This document shows, piece by piece, positions 25,065-32,000 of a stretch of 32,000 nucleotides of DNA. Location of the stretch: contig DAOVER010000016.1 of assembly GCA_030668875.1 (NCBI GenBank), positions 1 through 32,000 of the forward strand, written 5' to 3'. A program made the translations under genes and the position numbers. The stretch comes from Candidatus Heimdallarchaeota archaeon (GTDB taxonomy: Archaea; Asgardarchaeota; Heimdallarchaeia; Heimdallarchaeales; Heimdallarchaeaceae). The notes beneath the pieces were generated by a model. It was not told the DNA's origin and did no database searches. It saw only the letters and a program-made list of their open reading frames with translations. Every line of letters starts with the position of its first letter. Position 1 is the first letter of the stretch.

Positions 25065-27551
25065 CTAACTTGAGCCAGATTGTCTTAATTCATCAGCTAA
25101 ATTCATTTTCTTTATCTTTCTCATTAACCTAAATGTTGCTAAAAAGAGTGAGAAGAACGATACTAATAGAACTATCGGCCATGTATATCCGGGAATTGTT
25201 GTAGGCATATAGAAGCTATCTCCCATAATATAATTCATTGACCAAGCATAAGTCAAGTATCCTAATGGTATGGTTAGAATTAGACTGATTGTGCTTAGAA
25301 TCGCGTTTTCCCAGAATATCATGTTTCTCAAATACTTCGTTTTAGTACCCATTGCCTTAAATGATAGAAAATCCTGATGTCTATCTACAAAAGCCATATA
25401 CATCGATTGAAAACTAAATATTACCCCAATAAGAATTCCTATCCCCAAGAATAGTACCATAATTCCTATCATAGCTTCCATCATACCAAATACAGACTCT
25501 CGTACTTTTTCTGATTCTATCCACATCGCCACATTAAATCTATCTTCAAATTCTGCTCGAATTGCTTGTAGATCTGCTTCCTCATCTACAGTAAAAATTG
25601 CTCCATTTATCCAATTATCTGGGATTCCAAAAAGATGATTTGCATTATTCTCTTGAAATGATTCATATGTCCATAACACTGCATAATCAATCAGCTCTCC
25701 TACTAATCCTGTAACAGTTACAGAATAATTTCCGAGAATTCCAATTTCAATCTCATCACCTATTTTTATGTCATACTTCCCTGCTATGGTGTTACCAAGT
25801 AATACTGTTTCATTGTCTAAATCAGAATTTTGTTCAAATTCTCCTTTAATTACATTGAAATTTCTTAGAGTAGAGTTTTGTTGATAACATGCTAATTCAG
25901 TCCAACTCAGTAACTCATTATTATGAATGATTTTTGTATAAATGCTAACAAATACTTCATAATGATTAACATCATCTAAAACCTCAGGGTTATTTTCTTC
26001 CATAAAATTTTTGATATTACCAATTGAAACAGGAGTTTCAAAAACAACTTGAACATCATGGATGCTATATTCATCAAAATTATTCGACATCACTATAAAG
26101 ACGTTACTAAACATAGCGAAAGAGTTGACAAGAAAAATCATTGAAGTGATCAAAGCAAGGATAGTTATCAAACTCTTTCTCTTCTTAAGAAATACCTCTC
26201 TTAATGGAACAATCATGTGAATGGATTTGAATAAAGGAATCCATCCAAGCATTCTTTCAGCTACTGATTTACCTGTAGTTTTAATCCTAGTAAACACTAT
26301 GCTCATAGCTTCTTTAGGTGTTAGAGATGTTATTGACAAAGCACTAAAAATGGAACCGAGGAAACATATTGTTAGTGTTACAACTCCTCCATAAACAAAT
26401 TCTAAGGCAGGAATTGTCCAAGCTATCTGGTGAAATCCATAGATACCTATTGTTAATTCGGTCATTCCGAGTGCTAATCCATAAGCTAGAGGAATACCTA
26501 TTATTATACCGAATGCACTTAAAATAAGAGTTATGCTTGAATAGTGTAGTAGAATCTTGCTGTTTTTAGATCCCAATGAAAGAAATAAGCCAATATTCTT
26601 TCTTTGAGCATTAATCATCTTACTTAAAGTATTGAAAATGATAACAGTGCAGATTATCAGGCCAATTATACCAAAAATTGTTCCCATCTTGTCAACAGCT
26701 CCTACATCACCTTCAAACATCTTATACTCTGCAGTCTCATCAAAAAGCACAAACCTCAAGGTGTTTGGTGAGATACCAGTTGCTATTAAGTAAGAGGAAA
26801 TCCTATCTGCAGCAGATAGAATCATCTCTCTATTAAACCGTTCATCAACTGTAAATAACAATTGACTGACCATATTTTGTCCTTCATACAGAAAATTCTG
26901 TGCTGTTTGAAGATTAATCCAGATAATTGCCATATTACCAAAAAGCGGTAAATTCATTTCTTCATCAACTATGTAAGAGTAGTAGGAATCCTGAGCAATA
27001 CCCTTTATCGTAAAGTTGGTTGTTACTTCTGGAAATGTAATTGAAATCTCATCGTTCAGGCTTACATTTTGTCCAAGAAGTCCAAATGTCCTACCGGCAA
27101 AATGAGTTTCAACTAAACAACTTGTATTTGAATCTAAAATGGTTGATTCATCACTAATTTCTGATGATTTTTCTTCGATTACCAGTTGATTTAGCTGATT
27201 CGGGAAATTGACACCGATAACAGCTGCAGGAAACTTTTCTCCCTTAAATTCTATTTCTGTCATGAAGTAAATCCTACTTTCTATGCGATCTACAGAAATT
27301 TCATCTAGAAAACTCGAATTTGTTGTAAGTGTAGAAATATTGTTGTTTCCTACTGGTTCAGAAAAAGAGAATATTCCATCTGCTACGTTATAATAGTCTT
27401 GATTGAGTTCATAGGAATTAAATAGAACGGGCTCTCCGGCTCTTAAACCTGATAACAAAGCAATAGATATAGCAATAACTAAAACTATTGATATTGAACG
27501 GAATTTGTTCCTCCAAATATCACGAAATAGTTTTTTGGTTAGGATCTTCAT
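25065..27551 (-). CDS. ABC transporter permease, FtsX/MacB-like
   Basis: KLFRDIWRNKFR N-terminus; two FtsX-type TM blocks (QRKNIGLFLSLG and DRHQDFLSFKAMG); C-terminal MNLADELR. Confidence 0.88.
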   Translation of the reverse strand: MKILTKKLFRDIWRNKFRSISIVLVIAISIALLSGLRAGEPVLFNSYELNQDYYNVADGIFSFSEPVGNNNISTLTTNSSFLDEISVDRIESRIYFMTEIEFKGEKFPAAVIGVNFPNQLNQLVIEEKSSEISDESTILDSNTSCLVETHFAGRTFGLLGQNVSLNDEISITFPEVTTNFTIKGIAQDSYYSYIVDEEMNLPLFGNMAIIWINLQTAQNFLYEGQNMVSQLLFTVDERFNREMILSAADRISSYLIATGISPNTLRFVLFDETAEYKMFEGDVGAVDKMGTIFGIIGLIICTVIIFNTLSKMINAQRKNIGLFLSLGSKNSKILLHYSSITLILSAFGIIIGIPLAYGLALGMTELTIGIYGFHQIAWTIPALEFVYGGVVTLTICFLGSIFSALSITSLTPKEAMSIVFTRIKTTGKSVAERMLGWIPLFKSIHMIVPLREVFLKKRKSLITILALITSMIFLVNSFAMFSNVFIVMSNNFDEYSIHDVQVVFETPVSIGNIKNFMEENNPEVLDDVNHYEVFVSIYTKIIHNNELLSWTELACYQQNSTLRNFNVIKGEFEQNSDLDNETVLLGNTIAGKYDIKIGDEIEIGILGNYSVTVTGLVGELIDYAVLWTYESFQENNANHLFGIPDNWINGAIFTVDEEADLQAIRAEFEDRFNVAMWIESEKVRESVFGMMEAMIGIMVLFLGIGILIGVIFSFQSMYMAFVDRHQDFLSFKAMGTKTKYLRNMIFWENAILSTISLILTIPLGYLTYAWSMNYIMGDSFYMPTTIPGYTWPIVLLVSFFSLFLATFRLMRKIKKMNLADELRQSGSS

Positions 27552-27552
27552 A

Positions 27553-28293
27553 TTACTCTTCTCTTACCTTTTTGGTGTCTCGATTTGTGGGCTCTTCCTC
27601 AATTTTCTCTATTTTACCCATTCGAAGATGAAATACTCTGTTAGCATACTGTGTTATACTGATATCATGAGAAACGACAATTAAAGTTGTTTTTTCTTTT
27701 TCATTTAATTCTCGCAATAGTTCTGCAATACTTTGACCAGTAACAAAATCTAGATTACCAGTAGGTTCATCTGCAACTAATATCCTTGGGTTTTTAACCA
27801 GTGCTCTTGCAATTGCAACACGTTGTTGTTCTCCCCCTGAAAGCTGTGAAGGAAAACGGTGTTCTTTACCTTCTAACCCAACCTTCTTGAGAACGTCAAA
27901 AGATCTCCTTCGAATTTCTCGTTTATCTTTTATCCCTTGAAATTCCAAAGCTAAACCAACATTTTCCCAAGCTCTAAGACTGGCAACAATATTGAAGAAT
28001 TGGAAAACCCAACCTACTTCATCTCTTCTGTAAGTATTCATTTGTTTAGTTTTATAATTTGTAATGTTTCTTTCTCCAACATAAACCTCTCCTTCAGAAG
28101 GAAGATCTATCCCTCCAATCATGTTAAGCAAAGTTGTTTTACCTGCACCTGATGGTCCCAACACAACAACAAATTCACCCTTATATACCTCCATATCAAC
28201 CCCGTTTAATGCATAAACTTCCGATTCACCAAATTCAAAGCTTCTTATCAAACCTTTAGTTCTTACAGCAATTTCCTTGGACAACAATTTCAT
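27553..28293 (-). CDS. ABC transporter ATP-binding protein, LolD/SalX-like
   Basis: Walker [10 protein letters not shown], signature [15 protein letters not shown], Walker [16 protein letters not shown]. Confidence 0.95.
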   Translation of the reverse strand: MKLLSKEIAVRTKGLIRSFEFGESEVYALNGVDMEVYKGEFVVVLGPSGAGKTTLLNMIGGIDLPSEGEVYVGERNITNYKTKQMNTYRRDEVGWVFQFFNIVASLRAWENVGLALEFQGIKDKREIRRRSFDVLKKVGLEGKEHRFPSQLSGGEQQRVAIARALVKNPRILVADEPTGNLDFVTGQSIAELLRELNEKEKTTLIVVSHDISITQYANRVFHLRMGKIEKIEEEPTNRDTKKVREE

Positions 28294-28438
28294 CTCTTAT
28301 TCTTTTTTTGACAAATGATTCTTAGTTTAATATGCAAAACTAAATGTTAAATCGAGCAAACATCTGATATTAGCTATAAAAATCATTTCAACAAAATTGC
28401 TAATTTGTATTGAAAGAGTTCATAGAATAACGAATGTT

Positions 28439-29014
28439 TTATTCAACACCTTCTTTTTTAAGAAACTCAGTAATATCTTTTAGGAATAAATTAAGTTGAT
28501 TTTCAATATTCATTTTTCGAGCTTTGTCCTTTAAGAAATTGGTATCTATTCTTTCTTTATTTCTAATATAAACAGCTAAAGCATCTTCATAGTCCTGTTC
28601 AGAGCCAAATTGAAGTTTATATAGAATAAGATTGGTTGGATTATTAATTTTAAGTTCAATATCGTTATAAATTCCATTAATTGACATTCTTATGCTTTCA
28701 AGTTCTAATTCTGAATATGCTCCTTTAATATCAATCCTGAACATACCTGTCTTATAAAAGAATGAACAATGAGACTTTTCATCAAATCCCTCAAGATCAG
28801 TTAAAGAAGCATCAAAGTTATTTTTTTGTAAATACTCAACAAAATCCTTCCTATCTAATTTTGTATGATCTAGAATGATGTCGATGTCCATAGTAAATCT
28901 AGTCCTCCCTAAAATAAAGACAGAAACACCTCCTACAACAACATAAGGGATTTTTCGAGAGGTAAAATACTTAACCAAACGCTTCAGACTTTCAGATATA
29001 GGGTCAATCGTCAC
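28439..29014 (-). CDS. Nucleotidyltransferase-fold protein (DUF6036-like)
   Basis: YVVVGG...R.TMDIDI (GG + DxD), FRIDI, LILYKL, QDYED. GTG start overlaps the upstream gene. Confidence 0.7.
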   Translation of the reverse strand: MTIDPISESLKRLVKYFTSRKIPYVVVGGVSVFILGRTRFTMDIDIILDHTKLDRKDFVEYLQKNNFDASLTDLEGFDEKSHCSFFYKTGMFRIDIKGAYSELELESIRMSINGIYNDIELKINNPTNLILYKLQFGSEQDYEDALAVYIRNKERIDTNFLKDKARKMNIENQLNLFLKDITEFLKKEGVE

Positions 29015-29213
29015 TTTCTTTACCTTCCTCAGATTTCCATTGAATTTCTATTTCTTTGAGAGAATAAGCAAACTTGATAAAATTAGCTGTTTCTCTAGTG
29101 AGTTCCTCTTCTGTGAACTTTCGAGCTCTTAAAGCAGCCCTCATAACTTCTTCTCTTCTCTGCTTAACCCTTTCTTGATTAGGCATTAAAGATGTCATAT
29201 CTATCAATATCAA
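29004..29213 (-). CDS. Small helical hypothetical protein overlapping the nucleotidyltransferase start
   Basis: 69-aa charged ORF with an 11-nt overlap (GAAAGTGACGATTGA), suggesting translational coupling. Confidence 0.6.
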   Translation of the reverse strand: MILIDMTSLMPNQERVKQRREEVMRAALRARKFTEEELTRETANFIKFAYSLKEIEIQWKSEEGKESDD

Positions 29214-29316
29214 ATTTTAGTATAAAAAGTATATTGCTCTAAAAGTAAAGACTTACTTGATGACTAATACAAAATGTATAAAGTGATAAATAAGAGAAAA
29301 GGAAATTTACTTTCTA

Positions 29317-29614
29317 CTAAACATTTTCTCCCCGATTAACCAATCTTCTTTCCCCCTCTAATACTCAAATGGATGTGACATCCTGCATAACCTCTAATGT
29401 CTCACTATATTTTCCAGAGTTATCTCGAATTGCGAAGTAGCGCATGTGAATAAATTTGCCGTTCATATTTATCCGGAACTCTGCAACATCTTTTTGAACA
29501 GTTTTGAAAGCGTTTTAGAATAGGATCTAATTCCACAAATAGTTCCTCTAGAAAGGGAAATTTATCAATTAGATAGATGATTTTTGTTGCTTCAGAAATA
29601 ATATAGTTTGACAC
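29317..29614 (-). pseudogene. Relic of a DUF1858/DUF438-hemerythrin-PAS type protein (two ends joined, middle lost)
   Basis: First frame IISEATKIIYLIDKFPFLEELFVEL resembles a DUF1858 N-terminus. After a +1 shift near 29510 it reads FKTVQKDVAEFRINMNGKFIHMRYFAIRDNSGKYSETLEVMQDVTSI*VLEGERRL, a PAS C-terminus typical of this family, with TGA at 29365-29367. Confidence 0.7.
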
Positions 29615-29688
29615 TTGAAATCACTCGTGAAATTAAGCACGTTAGCAATAAAAAACATGCTGTTTGGTCGAAAATTCTTCACAAATTT

Positions 29689-29784
29689 CTAGTATTTTGA
29701 AACTCCAAATCTTGTTCCCTTTCACTCTTTGGAATCGAAATCTATATGTCCACTATATTGTCTGATTAGTCTATATACTTGTAA
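29689..29784 (-). pseudogene. Relic of a histidine kinase HATPase C-terminus
   Basis: LQVYRLIRQYSGHIDFDSKE*KGTRF matches the post-G2 'xVYxIIxQHxGHIxVxSExGKGTxF' pattern, with TGA (29722-29724) at the Gly position. Confidence 0.55.
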
Positions 29785-29866
29785 TGATTCTAAAACAGAT
29801 TGAAACAATCTTTACCCAACTTTCAGAGATTTTAGTGAATTAAAATTTTTCACAGATTACACTAAA

Positions 29867-30232
29867 TTATGTTTCAGCTGTACTACAATACTTTGATATC
29901 CTATTTAGTAGATTCTTTTTCGTTATAGGTTTTGTCATAATTTCAAGTGCTCCCTCTCGTAACATCTCTTCACCTTTAACAGAGGCATAAGCTGTAAGAC
30001 CGATAATTTTTGCATCTGGAAATTTCTCCAAAATAACTTTCGTTGCTTGAATACCATCCTTTTCTGGCATAACAATATCCATTATCACTAGATTTGGAAG
30101 TTCTTTAATGAACACCTTGATTGCTTCACAACCATTACCTGCTTCACATAATTCCAAATCCATTTGTTCCCTAAGCATTAATCCTAGAACCAATCTTATA
30201 TCTTCATTATCATCAACAATCAAAATCTTCAT
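29867..30232 (-). CDS. Stand-alone response regulator receiver (CheY-like)
   Basis: ILIVDD, MDIVMP (phospho-Asp), GLTAY, TKP. Confidence 0.93.
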   Translation of the reverse strand: MKILIVDDNEDIRLVLGLMLREQMDLELCEAGNGCEAIKVFIKELPNLVIMDIVMPEKDGIQATKVILEKFPDAKIIGLTAYASVKGEEMLREGALEIMTKPITKKNLLNRISKYCSTAET

Positions 30233-30328
30233 TTACATCACTATAAAGCTAGATAAATAATCCACTTCATTATTAAAATACTTTTTGTAGAAATTTAAGT
30301 AAAGATATTCAATCGAATAATCCAATAA

Positions 30329-31285
30329 CTAGTATTTTCTAAGAAATTCTTTTATTGTTTCAGAGACTATCCATTCATGATCGATTTGCTTGAGAATCTT
30401 TTCAACTTCTTCTAGCTGTTTAATTATGGGTTCAGTACTTTCGAGGGTATCTAGTTCTAAATAGGCCAGAATAACTGCTATAGGATTGCGTATAGAATCT
30501 ATCAAGAATCCATACTGCTCAATATTTTTTTGTATTTGTTCAAGAGATTGCTTGATTTTCATCTGACTCATTTGAAGTTCTTCTGTCATTGAATTAACAC
30601 CCTTCTGTAGAACACCTATCTCATCTTCTGAAATTGGTTCATCCACTCTAGCTCTCAAATTTCCATCTTGAACATCTTTTAATACACCAAGTAAATTCTT
30701 CATTCTTTTTAGCGCTATAAGTCTAAATGAAAGAAGAAGAATAATGAAAGTAAGAACTAAGGCTATTACAGAGCCTATAATAAAAAGTATCGAAATGTTT
30801 CTTTTCTCTATTACACTTTCCTGAGTTTCAATTTCCATGTAAACAAACCATTGAGGTGTATAACCATCAGGAAAATATATTCTTGAGACACTGATCAAAT
30901 GCCCACTTCCTTTAATAATTAGATCATCAGAATTATTAACATTGAACCAATTTAGATCTATAAAGTCTATATCAGATATACTTTCACCTAGAAGACTGGA
31001 GTTCAATGAATAATAGATAATATGATTTATACCAACAACCATTCCATTAACAAGATTTTCCCCAACAAGTTCCCTCATCATTTGTTCATCACCTATAGCA
31101 TCATAATCTAATAGTCCTGCTCTCATCAGTTTTCCAGGTAATTGAAGTCGTTCTATACTTCTTCTATCTACTTCAGTAGAAAATTGATTAATATAAAATA
31201 CCCCCACAACTCCCAAAACAATGATTTCAGCGATGATTATAAGTATACCAATTTTAAATGTCAAACTCTTAAAGAATAGTTTCAT
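30329..31285 (-). CDS. 2-TM sensor with extracellular domain, HAMP and HisKA-like tail lacking HATPase
   Basis: TM-loop-TM, HAMP (GNLRARV...DEIGVLQKGVNSM), H-box-like IDSIRNPI, and the protein ends 55 aa later. Confidence 0.8.
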   Translation of the reverse strand: MKLFFKSLTFKIGILIIIAEIIVLGVVGVFYINQFSTEVDRRSIERLQLPGKLMRAGLLDYDAIGDEQMMRELVGENLVNGMVVGINHIIYYSLNSSLLGESISDIDFIDLNWFNVNNSDDLIIKGSGHLISVSRIYFPDGYTPQWFVYMEIETQESVIEKRNISILFIIGSVIALVLTFIILLLSFRLIALKRMKNLLGVLKDVQDGNLRARVDEPISEDEIGVLQKGVNSMTEELQMSQMKIKQSLEQIQKNIEQYGFLIDSIRNPIAVILAYLELDTLESTEPIIKQLEEVEKILKQIDHEWIVSETIKEFLRKY

Positions 31286-31374
31286 TTGAATCGTCTCTTT
31301 ATAATTTTAGACAAACTAGATAAAAAGTGATTCCCTCTTTCATGATTCAGAAAGAGTAATTCTTTGAATTTAGT

Positions 31375-32000
31375 TTATCTAAATCTTCTAACTACATAGC
31401 ATATTAAGCTATCTTGAGGATTTTTTGAATTTTGGTTCACAACACCATTTGGTTGTTTATTGTTTCCATTCACTTTCGATATCTCTTGTGATTCATTCTG
31501 TTGTTCTATATAGTACTGACAAGGATTAGTAGGTCCTGGTGTGGCATAGGACCAAGATCTTGGCATTACTAGTGGGACGTTGTGGAAGTTTGTTTTTTTT
31601 ATGAAATATTCATCTGGGGGAGAACAGATGCCCATCGCATAGAACTCCTCCTCTGCGATTATAAGTATTTTATTCATTAGATATGCTATTTCTTCAGCAT
31701 TATTGCTAGCTACAATTTGGTTGTAGATCAGCATTTGTTCTTTTGCTGCTGAGGATGGTTCTTCTGCTCTAGTGTCACTGATATTCTTATACCAATAAGC
31801 CCACGGTATAGCAAAGTATGAATTGTATTTGTCAAATGGTATAAATGTACCTGCTTCCATTAATACATAATATCCTCCCTTAGAACCACATACAGTCGCA
31901 TCATGTTGGTTCAAAGAAGTGATTTTTTTATCTCTTTCACTGCGACTCAAATCCTCTACATTTACTATGATGTCCAGCTCATCCCAATATTCTAATAACA
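31375..32000 (-). CDS. Family-5-type ABC solute-binding protein, 3' part (5' end beyond window)
   Basis: The frame is open to position 32000 (LLEYWDELDIIVNV...). C-terminal motifs WAYWY...EEP, MNKIL.IAEEEFYAMG, NFHNVP, WSYATPGPTNPCQYY. Confidence 0.75.
   Translation of the reverse strand, partial: LLEYWDELDIIVNVEDLSRSERDKKITSLNQHDATVCGSKGGYYVLMEAGTFIPFDKYNSYFAIPWAYWYKNISDTRAEEPSSAAKEQMLIYNQIVASNNAEEIAYLMNKILIIAEEEFYAMGICSPPDEYFIKKTNFHNVPLVMPRSWSYATPGPTNPCQYYIEQQNESQEISKVNGNNKQPNGVVNQNSKNPQDSLICYVVRRFR

Noticed and set aside
1-32000. CRISPR array, tRNA/rRNA, IS element or prophage
   Set aside because: I saw no regularly spaced repeats, GC-rich structured RNA segment, transposase/integrase motif or phage structural gene on reading. 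A covariance-model search was not run.

Overview
AT-rich, gene-dense chromosomal window that looks archaeal. The evidence is GGTGA-type ribosome-binding sites, TTTAAATA/TTTATAA TATA boxes, an RHDxxN-type histidine kinase and heavily N-glycosylation-sequon-rich extracellular domains. An Asgard/Heimdallarchaeia-like source is my inference, not proven. Contents, left to right: patatin phospholipase; membrane histidine kinase; a DUF6144-like gene broken by one TAA; GNAT; aldo/keto reductase; DUF47 + PiT phosphate transporter; PadR + CopD-like protein; NadE; a Gly/Arg-rich Zn-ribbon-ferredoxin fusion; PIG-L deacetylase; a stand-alone four-gene NuoB/C/D/I-like module with the two-Cys signature of membrane-bound sulfane reductase (Mbs/Mbx) but no membrane arm; a frameshifted chimeric PadR; a candidate lipid-remodelling locus (second patatin, TetR, radical SAM/SPASM, an unannotated 28-aa ORF, Aur1/IPC-synthase-like PAP2, PadR-pseudo-methyltransferase, MMPL transporter); an FtsX/LolD-type ABC pair; a small-protein + nucleotidyltransferase pair; two gene relics; a stand-alone receiver; a HAMP sensor lacking the catalytic domain; and the 3' part of a family-5 solute-binding protein. 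I found no rRNA, tRNA, CRISPR array or transposase. All family calls come from motif recognition by eye; no database search was run.
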